Source of the DNA: Geosiphon pyriformis uo1
Lineage: Eukaryota; Fungi; Glomeromycota
Direction: 5' to 3'
DNA: 64,000 nucleotides
NCBI GenBank assembly: GCA_016748015.1
Contig: JAAOMT010000230.1
Coordinates: forward strand, 62,001 to 126,000
Shown here: in pieces, positions 1-12,759 of the stretch
Layout: every line of letters starts with the position of its first letter
How positions within the stretch are numbered: position 1 is the first letter of the stretch
Notes under the pieces: generated by a model
The model's database searches: none
Seen by the model: only the letters and a program-made list of their open reading frames with translations
Told to the model about the DNA's origin: nothing
Position numbers and translations under genes: made by a program

Positions 1-1096
1 GTTTGATTGGATGTCCATCTACTTTCGCATCAGTGTACATCACTGTGATGAGTTTCTTCTCGAGGGTGGCTCCACTGAATAATGGTAATTGGGATGGTTC
101 TTCTAGTTCAAAAGGAAAGATGGCTGCTAATGATTTGTCATTAGTGACCATTGCTAGTGGGATGTTGTTGGTAAGTATTGTCTGTTGGTCTAATTCCAAG
201 TTGCTGGATGTGGCGTCTTTTGGAGTAACCAGGAGACTTAAATAGTTTTGGAAATTCGGGTGTTGAGTGGTGCTGGTACCCAAATTCTGAGAACGGGATT
301 CTAAGCTTTGGTAAGAAGAACTGGGGATCAGTTAATAAACAACTATCGCCAATCTCCAATTTTAAGCAATTCTGGGTTTCGGATTTCCTGATGTTATCAT
401 AGCTGAGTTTTGAAGTGGTGTTTGAATTGATGGTTGAGGCTGATAAATTATTTGGGGCTGTGGCTGATAAATTACTGAGGGCTGCTGTTGATAAATTGCC
501 GGTGGCTGTGGTTGATAAACTGGAGTTTGATACACTGACAGTTGGTAGATTGGTTGCTGTGTCATTGGCAGGTAAGTATTTTAATATTGGTCTTGATCAT
601 GATTTGAATAATGATTTGGAGTTTGGAACTGGCAATCAGGGTTTCTGTATTGATTTCCCGATCATTGGTTGTTATAAGTATGGCAATTAACTCAAATATG
701 GCCTTGTTTACCACAGTTGTGGCAGACATGCGTTTCTGGCTGCCATGTCAGACTAGGTGCTATCAAGGATGATAGACGTAATTGATTTTGGCTACAATTG
801 GAGTTCCCTTAATTATTGCATCATTGTGGAAACTGATAAATGGCATGATTGTCAGCTAAGTATCTTTCTAATTTCTTATTAATTGATTTACTAAACTTCT
901 CCAATTTGGAATCCAATTCAGATGATCTATTTATTACTAGGTTAATGACTTGGGCATGGTTGGCTTCTGACTCAATGGATTCAAAATCTCTGGCATGTGT
1001 AACTGTGTCTTGAAGGGTGCCAGAATGCAACGGACGTACATGTTGTAAAATGCTGCTGCACAGGCCATGGATAAACTAATTGAGTATCTGTGGCGC

Positions 1097-1943
1097 TGTT
1101 ACAGTTTAAGAATTTAGAAAAAAGAATCATAAAAATAATACAAACTATTCAATCATAATATAGCACAATAATAATCTTAAAAAGGTAATAATTAACATAG
1201 TAGCAAACACCATCTCGCGATAGTGGCAAGCACCAGTTCACAATAGCAGCCAACACCAACTGGTGATAGCAGCAAACACCAGGTTGAAATATCAAAAAGA
1301 AAGTATTTTCTCGTAGAACTACAAACATGTATATATACAGTAGTTTTAATATTGGGAAATAATCAATCAAGTAATAAAAATCATAACTTATCAAGCAATA
1401 GATCCAATTTTATCCAACAAACTCCACTTTAAATCATACTTTCAAATTAAATATCCCAAGAAATCTTTAAAATCAAAAANNNNNNNNNNNNNNNNNNNNA
1501 AAGTATTAAGAAACTTACTTGTATTATTTATTGAATGAAACTATTATTCATCAACTGAATCCCTTGGAAGAATAATCCTTGATCAAGATTATTCACGTTG
1601 TTACTAATTGATAAAAGCTTTATTGTGAGAATTAGAAAAGTGCTAAAGACCATTAACATTCTGTGTTTCTAGATTAGAGAAACACATCAGGCAATTGCAA
1701 GGATAGCCTCAGAGAAGACCCCAGACAGTGAGTAGATTTCAGTTCAGCCTCTAAGAAGGAGTACATAAACACACACAACAATCAAGAATTAAAGAATAAC
1801 TTACATCACAACAGAAAAAAAGAAAGCCTTCAGTATAACAGTGACATTATCACACAAATAGAACTGAGGAATTCACGAAAGACTGATTGCAATTAAAGCA
1901 GAATATCAGCAATTAAATATAACAAGAAAACCATTCCGTAACA
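1097..1943 (+). repeat. 5' LTR of copy B
   Basis: TGTTACAG...CGTAACA; 1395-1943 matches 9795-10363; followed by PBS-like TGGTGAACCC at 1946. Confidence 0.92.
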
Positions 1944-2025
1944 TTTGGTGAACCCTATGAAGAAAGAAAATCAAAAAGGAAATAATAATTAGCAATAATT
2001 CATTGCTAAAAAGGAAAAGACAAAA

Positions 2026-4994
2026 GTGGCGACAAAAACCCTTAATCTTACTGTTCTTGAATTCTGCCATGCTATTTACACACAAAATCAAAGTGATCTT
2101 GGATTACCAGAAGGGTGTTGTCCAGCAGAATCTGCCCTCACTTATTATATCAACGCCAGAATAAATTATCATATAAGGAAAGAAAGAAGAACCACACGAC
2201 ACAAAACTTGGATTGTATAGAAAATTATCACAATACACTACAAAAGAAGTAGCAGTAATAGCTGCAACTATTGTCAAAATCCATCGAAAAATTGAGCAAT
2301 ACGTCAACAAAAATTTTCCAATATCTACAGGAAACACTAGGGAACGCGCCAACAAAACCAAAGAAAATTTAGAAACTAATCAGGAAAGTAACCAGCAAAA
2401 ACTAGAAACACCAGCTCAAACGCCAAAGAAAACTGTCACTCAATCAATAAAGAAACAACGTATTTATTCACCAGAAGATAAATCATACCATTTTTCACCA
2501 GAAAATAAGATACAAATTCCATTAGGAGCTGCATCATCATCAACATCAACTCCACAAACGCCAAAAACTCCTAGTTATATTGATAAAATTAAACAATGTA
2601 ACTGGGGAGACATACCAATTACAGGAGGATATTCATCACTATTCCAAAACCCTCTTTTTCAGCCAAAATTTAGAACGGGGTTTGAAAACCATGAAGAGGA
2701 GTCTGAATTAGAATCTGAAAAAAAGACCAGTGAAAAAACAATTACAAGACCAGTCACTGGAACAAGCAGCCAGTCCAAAAACCAAGAAACTCGTGATCAA
2801 GAGGAAGAACCGGATATAAGGGAAGCCACCTTTAGGAATGCTCAAGGAAATATCATCCCACCTCCTCTTAGACCAATAAACCCACCAGCAGAAAACGGCA
2901 ACGAAATGACCACACCATACATTGCAAGACTAACAGATTTCTCAGGAGAGGAAGAAGAAATGGACGTGCACACATGGCTCAGAGAAGCACAAAAAGCCAT
3001 CCAGGCAAATAACTGGAATGACCAAAGAGCAATTCAAACATTACCTTTCTTCCTGAAAGGCACAGCNNNNNNNNNNNNNNNNNNNNCAAGAGGAAGAACC
3101 GGATATAAGGGAAGCCACCTTTAGGAATGCTCAAGGAAATATCATCCCACCTCCTCTTAGACCAATAAACCCACCAGCAGAAAACGGCAACGAAATGACC
3201 ACACCATACATTGCAAGACTAACAGATTTCTCAGGAGAGGAAGAAGAAATGGACGTGCACACATGGCTCAGAGAAGCACAAAAAGCCATCCAGGCAAATA
3301 ACTGGAATGACCAAAGAGCAATTCAAACATTACCTTTCTTCCTGAAAGGCACAGCCAATTCGTGGTATCAAAGCCTGGAAACAAAACCCATGAGCTTTGC
3401 CAAATTTAAAAATGCACTCCTGGAGTATTTTAGCGACCCAAACGCCATAATCCAACTACAGAACGAATTCAATACTATCAAGCAAAATACCGGTGAAACT
3501 GTCACCCAATACCTTGCTCGATTCAATCGAATTCACCGTCAGATTGAAGTGATTGAACAAGGATACTACACTGATCCTCAGGTTTTAAATCAGTTTATTA
3601 GAGGATTAAAAAGCAGCATTTTAGGAAGAGTACACCCTGCCCATCCTAATTCCTTACCAGAAGCCGTTACGCTCGCCAGAGCCCTTGAATCGGCTGAGAA
3701 AGAAGCTAATCATAGTCAAATGGTTAACATGGTAATGGAGGAAAATAAGACAGAAACATTAGAGAAAAGAGTAATGCGATTAGGGGAGGAACTCTCTAAG
3801 AAAATAGAAAGTTACCTCATCCCGGATCCGAGAAAAAATACATACCAACCACCCCAAAGATGCAGCCAGGAAGTCAGCAACAGTCGAAATAATCGCTCGT
3901 CGCGCCAGGAATTCAGAACAGAAACACGCGCCTGCCATTTTTGCAAACGCGTAGGACATTTGATTAGTCAATGTCGAACGCAAATGATGCAGGAAGCACG
4001 CGAAAATAATTACTACGCGCCATCCCAAATGCCCAGAAACCAGTACATGCCAATACCATGCCAATATCCCACCACGTATCAAAATCAAGGAGCTTACCAG
4101 CAACAGCCCATGATAGCCAACCCAAATTGGTGTCCCGAGACCCGAAATCAGCCCATGTGGAACCAGAACGTGTTGGTCCAGAGGAATCCAAACCACGCCG
4201 GAACCAATCAGCAAACCAATCAGCAAACCAATCCAAACTACCAAAATTATCAACAAACTTATCTTAATATACTGGAAAACCTGATCATCGGAAACAATGA
4301 TGGTAGAAACATAAACAGAACCAAGAATTCCTCCAAATTGAGCCAGACAATACCACCAGCAGTTGCCACCGAAGATAGCAGCCTCGCAGTTATTTTTCCT
4401 TTTGAATTAGAGGAAAACGAGGCTATGTTCAGTGGAGCAGCATTGGACAAAAAACGCCCAATCACTGCTATGTATACGGAAGCCACTGTAAACAATACCC
4501 CAATCAAACTTATCTTAGACAGCGGATCCGCTGAAAGCATCGTAATGCTTCAATTAGTAAACCAACTGGGTTTCAAAGTTGATCGTGCCGTGACGTCCCA
4601 AATCATAACAGCCGATGGAAGTACAAAGCTGCCTCATGGCGAAATCGACTCATTCCCTTTCGAAATTAATGGCATAGTAATACCTACAAAAGTATTAGTA
4701 ATGAACACTACACAATATCAAGCATTAGTAGGGAATGACTGGCTAACAAAAGCCAATGCCACCCTAGACTGGACCATCCAAGAGCTTCTGATCAATTATA
4801 ATGGCCACCAGGCCAAAATTCCAGCCACCTGTGGCCACTTCCAAAAACCCAGTGCCAACCAAAGACCTACCTTTGAATTTGAGAAAAATCCAGCACTACC
4901 AGTCATCGAAACCTATCAGCTCTCTTGGGCTGATGACCAAAGAACAGGACTACCAGCCGTACCAACGTGGACCAGCGAAGAAAGATCCGAATGA
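2026..4994 (+). CDS. gag: Copy B Gag (N-terminal helical domain, capsid-like domain, CCHC knuckle) fused in frame to aspartic protease
   Basis: ORFs 2026-2220, 2213-3066 and 3195-4994; retrotrans_gag-like W..W..QFIRGL, CHFCKRVGHLISQC, LILDSGS; one frameshift near 2185 and a gap duplication. Confidence 0.88.
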
Positions 4995-5044
4995 AACCAG
5001 ATAAGTTCACGAAGAAACCACCAGCAACGCAGACCAAAGCTAGA

Positions 5045-5934
5045 ATGCTCGGTTTACAAGAAGAAACTCTCGTCTATGACTGCGTGCAGCACACCGGACG
5101 AAGACCTAAGAAACTCCACCCACTACTATTGTAACCGTTGTAACAAAGAAAAATACGGTTACCCAGAAAGACACGGAAAATGGAACGAGGAACCGTGCCT
5201 CGCTTGTGGAGAACCGTTACCAAGAGGGTGCGACTGGAACGACTTACCAGGCAGAGGAGGAATGTGTGACGCAACTTGCCAATACACGATCCTTATCTGT
5301 GACTGGGTAAGAGGAGGAACGCCGTTCGAAGCAGCGTTCAACAGAGCATTAAAAAGACTACAGCACTACCCACACGACAAGGACGAGTTGTACAACACCG
5401 CACAAGCCAAAGTAAAAGGAGGAACCGCCAAAGAAATACGACATTGAAAAGAGTCAACTGCAATAGCCGACGAAGTCGCCAGCTACAACATGTTCGACCC
5501 AGTGGACGAATTCCAGGACTACTATTAACAACTATGCCCCACTCGACAAGAGCAAGAACAATACCTCGCCCAAATCAACACTTACCTTTGCGAAAACTGT
5601 CTCATTCCGTACTAAAATCAGTGCTGTAAAGAGTGTCAAGACGAAAGAGACTTAGAAAAAAAAATGGAAATTGAGAATCAGCAGTCTCAAAATCAATCAA
5701 TAAATCAACAAGACTCACCTGACAATCCCGAGTCAGAAAAATTTGTAGCCTATACCGACCTAGAACAGGTGACTGACATCCGATACTTCGACAACGGGCA
5801 CTTAGGAATAATACCCGAAAGAGCCCATCCAACTGACGCCGGATTCGATCTACGTTATCCGGAAGACCAATCCACAACGTTACCACCCAGGAGCATCACC
5901 AAAATCGACCTAAAAATAGCGGTTGAAATTCCGC
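5045..5934 (+). pseudogene. Copy B Cys-rich domain plus dUTPase N-terminal part (truncated by N gap)
   Basis: CNRC, CLAC, CDATC, CENC motifs; then PERAHPTDAGFDLRYP (dUTPase motif 1); same frame as gag-PR, with a few stops. Confidence 0.85.
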
Positions 5935-5954
5935 NNNNNNNNNNNNNNNNNNNN

Positions 5955-7473
5955 AACACCACAAGAAATTCTAAATTTCCCAGAAATCGCCCTCTACTGT
6001 GAACTCATTTCAATAAATTGGCAACAACCGGTAGAATGCTATCAATTTACACCAGAAGAATTGGCCAAATTAAACATTGGAACAATGGATCCCGACCAAC
6101 AGCAACAATTAAAAGCATTAATTTTAAAATACTCTGATATATTTTCAAGAAATGGCGAATTTGGAAGAACCAACTTGGTTCAACACCAAATCTCCACTAG
6201 AGACGCCAGATCTGAAAAACAACGCGCTTACCGTGTCCCACCAATGAAGCATAATTTTATCAGAGAAGAAGTCCAAAGCATGTTGGAAAAAGGAATAATA
6301 CAACCATCAATGAGCCCATGGTCTTCACCAGTTGTTTTAGTAAGGAAAAAGAACGGAAAAATTAGATTTTGCGTCGACTATCACAAACTAAACAGCAAAA
6401 CAACCAAAAACTCATACCCAATACTATTAATTGACGAAATCTTTGACGTTTTTGGAAGAGCAAAATGGTTTTCTATACTGGACTTGACCAGTGGGTACTG
6501 GCAAGTGGAAATGGACCCAAAGGACAGGCATAAAACAGCATTCACAACACAAAATAGCAATTATGAGTTCAATGTAATGCCATTTAGATTAACAAACGCT
6601 CCTGCGACATTCCAAAGACTAATGGACGTAATTTACTCTGGAATCCTGTGGCAATCCGTTGTTGTCTACTTGGATAATACAAATGTTTTCTTGTCAAAAT
6701 TCACGGATTATCTCCAACATTTACAACAAGTTTTTGAGAGATTGAGACACGCTGGACTTAAACTAAATTTAGAAAAATGTTTCTTTGGGAAAAATGAGCT
6801 AGCATTTTTAGGACACGTAGTTGGAAAAGATAGAATAAAACCAGATCCATCAAAAATAGACAAAGTGAAAAATTTTCCAGTACCTCGAAACGTTTCAGAA
6901 GTTAGAAGCTTTTTAGAACTCGCATCTTACTACCGCCACTTTGTAGAAAACTTTTCAAACATCGCCAAACCCCTTAATTACCTACTATCTAAAAATGTGA
7001 AGTTTGAATGGACTGAAGCACAACAAAAAGCTTTTGAGTACCTTAGACAAAAGCTCATTGAATCACCAATAATGATTTATCCGAATTTCAACAAGAAATT
7101 CATTTTGGCCACAGATGCCTCTGGAACTGGACTTGGAGCCATTCTGTCACAAAAAGATGATAATGGAAGAGAACGTGTAATTGCTTATGCCAGCAGAAGT
7201 CTCAGTACGGCAGAACAAAACTATGCAGCACATGAACTTGAATGCTTAGCAGTAGTCTGGAGTTGTGTTCACTTTGACACATATTTACGGTACCAACCCT
7301 TTGAGATTACGACAGATCATAGAGGTCTGGTCTGGTTAAATAACAAGAAAGCGCTAAAAGGAAAATACGCCAGATGGTCACAAACATTAGCACCATACGA
7401 TTATATTATCAAATACAAAGAAGGTACCAAAAATGCTAATGCCGACTGTTTGTCAAGAATGAGACACACATAA
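5955..7473 (+). CDS. pol: Copy B reverse transcriptase + RNase H
   Basis: SPWSSPVVLVRKK, RFCVDY, DLTSGYWQV, MPFRLTNAPATF, YLDN (YLDD), LATDAS, ELECLAVVW, TDH, NANADCLSR; ends with TAA at 7471-7473. Confidence 0.95.
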
Positions 7474-7946
7474 AAATNNNNNNNNNNNNNNNNNNNNCCA
7501 TGCCAACGAAAAGGAGGAGCAAAAACAATGGAATTATTAAGACCAATAAAAGTTGGACAGCCATTTGACAGAATCGGAATTGATTTAGTTGGACCCTTAC
7601 CAATAACAACAAGAAACAACTGTTATATTGCAGTAGCCATGGACTATCTCACCAAATGGCCAGAAGCTAGAGCTATTAAAACAGCTGATGCTATTTCCGT
7701 AGCTCAATTCATACATGAAGACTTAATTTGCTGACATGGATGTCCACAAGAATTGCTATCAGATCAAGACACACACTTCGTAAACAGCACCTTAAAAAAA
7801 CTTAGCCAAAAATTTGGAATCAAGCGACCACTGTCATCACCATACCACCCTCAAACAAATGGATTAGTTGAAAGANNNNNNNNNNNNNNNNNNNNAAAAG
7901 ATAATTAATCTTAGATCACAGCAAAAATGATTTAACAACCATAAAA

Positions 7947-8301
7947 ATGCATGCAAAAGATTCCAAAATAGCAGTCAAAATTAAAACAATGATACTTATT
8001 CCAGAAAACATCAACAATATAATTCAACAATTAGTTGAAAGCTTACAACAATTAAAATCCGATCTAAAAATCACAGTTAATAGCTCCAAAATAACATACA
8101 TAAAAAGAACAATAGAAAATCCAAAAACAAGAAAAGAACATAATTTCGAACCATATAATATTGCCAAATATAACAACAAATTTATTAGCAAAGTTATTGA
8201 AAAATTAGAGATAGCATTGGGCAATACATTAATAATGGAAGAAATAGAAATAAGTGAATTAACACCAGACACATTTAGCAACTTGAAAACGAAATTCCCA
8301 A
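7947..8301 (+). CDS. Copy B ORF3 N-terminal fragment (misplaced contig; belongs after 9700)
   Basis: 7896-7980 repeats 9690-9774; MILIPENINNIIQQLV..LKITV..ITY aligns to the copy C ORF3 start MTIPQNIQQISQKL..LSITI..INY. Confidence 0.75.
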
Positions 8302-8321
8302 NNNNNNNNNNNNNNNNNNNN

Positions 8322-9697
8322 ACAACCACCTTTACAAAAACCTCAGCCAATACTTGGAAACACTACAAATAGACAAAGAAATGCCAGTAAAAGAGCTAAT
8401 TAAGCTCCAAAAATTAGCAAAACACTATTTCATCCAAAATCACATACTTTATTACCGGAATCGACAAAATCCAGATAATCCATTAAGAGTTATAACCACG
8501 GATGAAAAAGAAACTATCTTATTTAACATGCACTCAGATATTCATTCAAGCCACTTTGGAAAAACAGCAACCATCCAACGTGCAACTAGCCGTTACTATT
8601 GGCCAAAAATGAGCTCAGACATAATCCAATACATAAGAAATTGTGATCCATGCCAACGAAGAGGAGGAGCAAAAACAACGGAATTATTAAGACCAATAAA
8701 AGTTGGACAGCCATTTGACAGAATCGGAATTGATTTAGTTGGACCCTTACCAATAACAACAAGAAACAACTGTTATATTGCAGTAGCCATGGACTATCTC
8801 ACCAAATGGCCAGAAGCTAGAGCTATTAAAACAGCTGATGCTATTTCCGTAGCTCAATTCGTACATGAAGACTTAATTTGCTGACATGGATGTCCACAAG
8901 AATTGCTATCAGATCAAGACACACACTTCGTAAACAGCACCTTAAAAAAACTTAGCCAAAAATTTGGAATCAAGCGACCACTGTCATCACCATACCACCC
9001 TCAAACAAATGGATTAGTTGAAAGATTTAATCGCACATTATGCGAATCACTGGCGAAAATTAGTAACGAACATGAAAAAGAATGGGATTTGTTCATACCA
9101 GCAGTACTATTAGCATATAGAACAGTAAAACAAGATACTACACAATTCACACCATTTGAACTAGTTTATGGAAAAAAAGCCACATTACCCATTGAACTTA
9201 CTATCCCAACTTATCCGAGTGACACTATTATGGAAGCAACATTCCAGAAAACACTACTTAGAAGAACATACGAATTAATGGGAACTTTAGAAAACAAAAG
9301 AAGAAAAGCAGCACAAAATATTGAACAATCACAAGAACAACAAAAAGTGAGACATGATAACCAGTTACCAGATAATATAATTAGCTACAAAATTAGAGAT
9401 AAAGTATTGTTGCATCGTACAAAAATGGAAAAACAGTGGAGTGGAAAATTTGATCACAAGTGGGATGGACCATTTTATATTCACGAAATACTTGGAAATG
9501 GAGCATACAAGCTAAGACTAAATGATAAAATATTAAGAAAAGCAGCACATGGTAACCGGCTGAAATTCTATTACAGTAAACCAGTAATAACAACAAAAAC
9601 ACCCAGAATTGGAACACAATTACCTTTAATTCTACCAGAACAAATTCCACGAGATTTAGAACCAATAGTTTTAATTGAACATTATTCGAAAAGATAA
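8322..9697 (+). CDS. Copy B DDE integrase (one internal CGA>TGA stop at 8882)
   Basis: HHCC (H..HFG..CDPC), IDLVGP, SDQ, HPQTNGLVER, GPY/F motif WDGPF; no chromodomain. Confidence 0.92.
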
Positions 9698-9794
9698 TTA
9701 ATCTTAGATCACAGCAAAAATGATTTAACAACCATAAAAACACATGCAAAAGATTCCAAAATAACATTCAAAATNNNNNNNNNNNNNNNNNNNN

Positions 9795-10363
9795 GCAATA
9801 GATCCAATTTTATCCCACAAACTCCACTTTAAATCATACTTTCAAATTAAATATCCCAAGAAACCTTTAAAATCAAAAAGAAATGAAAAAGAATATTTAA
9901 AACTAAACTATCACAACCCAAAGTATTAAGAAACTTACTTGTATTATTTATTGAATGAAACTATTATTCATCAACTGAATCCCTTGGAAGAATAATCCTT
10001 GATCAAGATTATTTACGTTGTTACTAATTGATAAAAGCTTTATTGTGAGAATTAGAAAAGCGCTAAAGACCATTAACATTCTGTGTTTCTAGATTAGAGA
10101 AACACATCAGGCAATTGCAAGGATAGCCTCAGAGAAGACCCCAGACAGTGGGTAGATTTCAGTTCAGCCTCTAAGAAGGAGTACATAAACACACACAACA
10201 ATCAAGAATTAAAGAATAACTTACATCGCAACAGAAAAAAAGAAAGCCTTCAGTATAACAGTGACATTATCACACAAATAGAACTGAGGAACTCATGAAA
10301 GACTGATTGCAATTAAAGCGGGATATCAGCAATTAAATATAACAAGAAAACTATCCCGTAACA
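9795..10363 (+). repeat. 3' LTR of copy B (5' part lost in N gap)
   Basis: Near-identical to 1395-1943, ends GTAACA. Confidence 0.9.
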
Positions 10364-11409
10364 ACGCTGTAAAATAGTTGGCATCAATTGCTTGAATTTG
10401 GCACAGGTTTTGATAAAAGCATCTCAGGTAAGTGGTGCCTGCTTCAATTTCTCCTTGTTTCATGGTGGTGAATGTATTGACTAAGCAATTGATGCTGTTA
10501 TTGTTGCTGAAGTATCTTAGGAATTCCGCTTTGAAGGCATTGAAATCTTGTGGTTTATTAACCAAGCTCTGATACCATAAATCAGCAGTATCCTTGAGAA
10601 AGTAGAGAATGGCCTGCATTGCTTGAGTGTTATTCCATCTATTGGCTGCGATGGCCTTTTCTATATCATTCAGCCATATTTAAGCATCATCCTCTTCGCC
10701 AGTAAAGTTGTCAAGTTTTGCAATTGGTACATAGGCCATTGGATCTAAGTTAGGTGGTTGTGGTGGCTATTGAAGCAGTTGTTGTTGTATTGGTTGTTGG
10801 GGTGGTAGTTGAAGTGGCTGTTGTATGGGTTCAGCTATGAGATTAATTGGTGGTTAATCAATAATGATTACTGGAGGTAAGTTTTGCTGATTAATTAATT
10901 CGGGTTTTGGATTGTTCTGCCTTTAATAATTCAGAGTTTCAATTTCCGAATTTTCTAGATTTAGATTTTGCTGAGCTTGAAAATTCAGAGTTTCAACTTC
11001 TGGGTTTTTAGTGATTGGGTTTTGATAAGTAAATTCTTGATCTTCTGATTCTTTTTTCTCTTTTTCTTCAGATAGTTCTCATGGGGTAGTGGTTCCAAAG
11101 TCTGGTTGAGGCAGTGGTGATCGAATTCTGATGGAGTTGGTGATCATGATTTAAATCCTTTGAAATACACTCCATATGGTCCTAATAAGTCTTCTTTCCA
11201 TTGTTTACTTTGGAACTGAAATCTTCCAAATGTTGATGTCACATTTGAGGTGGACCCGTTTGCTGATGAGATGTTGATAACACTTCCAGGTATGTAGTGA
11301 TATGATAGAGTGGTTGGTGATTCTACTCTGTGTTTCTTCTAACTAGGTAACTGTATTCCTTTTGGTGTTGCTGCTGGCGTTTGTATTCTTTCTTTACCTT
11401 TGTCTGCAT

Positions 11410-12388
11410 TGTTACCGGAGGTTTTTGGTCTCTTTTCTTAAATGTTGGTAATGTTGATTTGCTGTGAATTCACGTTTTTAGGAAGTAGTTGAATCTCCAA
11501 TAACTGAATTTATCTTCAAATTATCTTCTATAATTTGAACTGCTGGGCTTATAAGTGGAATGACCAATTCCTTACCAGTTACTTTATGTAGTTACATTGT
11601 AGTAAACGTCAACTCTTTCCCAGGAATTGCTTGTCTAGAAGCTCACTAAAATATATAGTTATTTTGCTGTGAAAGTCAACTCTTTTACAGAAATCTTGTC
11701 TGTAGGCTACCCTAATGATTGTAATAAGAAAAGAAAAGGAAAATAAAAGAAATATAAAAGAAATAGAATTTTTGTCAAGAGAAACATTTTCTATCCAGGC
11801 CTGGAGTCACTAACAGTTTACTGAAATTGGTAGCTAATCAATTTCGAAATGTTAGTTGGTTTTTGGGGATTTTCCAAGGGCAATAATTAAAGAATTTGGT
11901 TTTTCAAATTATTTGGTATTTATTTCTTTTTGTGTGTGTAGAAATAGTTCTAAGTGATAAATCTAAAGTAAGATACATTTTCTCGAAGAAAGAAGCTCTT
12001 CTTTTATACAACTTGTTGTAACACTATTCTATGAACTTGAACTTTGCTATTTTCTACAATTTTGCTAAACTAAAGATACATTTCGGCAAACTACAAGTTA
12101 TTTCGGCGAACTATTAGATATTTTGGTGAACTATCAATTATTTCGGCAAATTTCTACAAATTTCAGCGAACTTCTGAATATTACATAGTTTAGGGTATTG
12201 CACGATTGATCATTGCAATTAAGTTACATTTGTGTTGTGTACAATTTGGGTTATTAATTAAATAATAATTTCGGACATTTTTGCTAATATAATAAGTGAT
12301 CATTTGAAACGATAATATATGTTAATTAATGATAGGAATTATAAGATAATTTCATGCTAAATAATATCTCTAATTTCGTCTGGTAACA
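11410..12388 (-). mobile_element. Solo LTR, family C
   Basis: TGTTACCGG...GGTAACA, homologous to 37003-37975 and 56064-57036; TSD GCAT/GCGT. Confidence 0.93.
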
Positions 12389-12742
12389 GCGTAGGTAATG
12401 GGAAATTGTTGTTAAGTGTACCTTTCAATAGTTTGGTTGATTTCTCTAATTATTGGTGCAAAACTATAGTTCCTTGGTAAGTTGGTGTGTTAGAATAATT
12501 CTGTGTAAAAGTTTTCTCTTGCTGCTTCAATGTTAACTGTTCCTCTTAAGCATTCAGTGATTTTGTTGTTGACGTAAAAGTTGAAGACTGATTCAGCTGA
12601 GTAATGATTACTGTTCAATCCTAATTGTTGGCTGTATTGTTGAAACAAAGATTTCGCAAATCCTAAATGGTTTGCTCCTATATTTTCTGATTCTGCCACT
12701 TTTGGTTTGGTGTTATTGGTGCTGGTTCTCTGTAGGATTATA

Positions 12743-12759
12743 CCTCACAGAGAGCACCA
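12743..12759 (-). promoter_or_regulatory. Primer binding site of copy A (TGGTGCTCTCTGTGAGG)
   Basis: Starts with TGG 2 nt after the LTR end; near-identical PBS in E (54060-54076) and D (29995-30011). The tRNA is not identified (Met-e- or Ile-like 3' end). Confidence 0.8.

Larger units (their letters stand above)
1097..10363 (+). mobile_element. Ty3/Gypsy LTR retrotransposon copy B (dUTPase-bearing, relatively young), nested in gag of copy A
   Basis: LTRs 1097-1943 and 9795-10363 (the latter cut by an N gap). TSD GCGC (1093-1096) / ACGC (10364-10367). The flanks rejoin into the gag sequence seen intact at 52645-52680. Confidence 0.93.

Noticed and set aside
2798-3355. Tandem duplication of about 270 bp in gag of B
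   Set aside because: Identical copies flank a 20-N gap: an unmerged contig overlap, not biology.
3780-4540. Antisense ORFs over gag/pol and ORFs within LTRs (e.g. 25957-26160, 36419-36745, 54659-54868)
   Set aside because: Shadow frames of A/C-rich coding strands or repeat arrays; no recognisable domains and not conserved between families.
7498-8321. Apparent duplicated integrase core and ORF3 placed between RNase H and integrase
   Set aside because: Both segments are bounded by N gaps and duplicate 8648-9025 and 9690-9774 with small differences. These are misordered contigs, probably from other copies.
9540-9697. Chromodomain at integrase C-terminus
   Set aside because: Only a short linker and EPIVLI follow the GPF/SH3-like region; no aromatic-cage pattern.
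12078-12177. CRISPR-like or iteron-like arrays in LTRs
   Set aside because: Short degenerate tandem repeats without unique spacers, inside eukaryotic LTRs, and no cas genes.
12731-12759. tRNA gene at PBS sites
   Set aside because: Only about 17 nt complementary to a tRNA 3' end including CCA; no cloverleaf.
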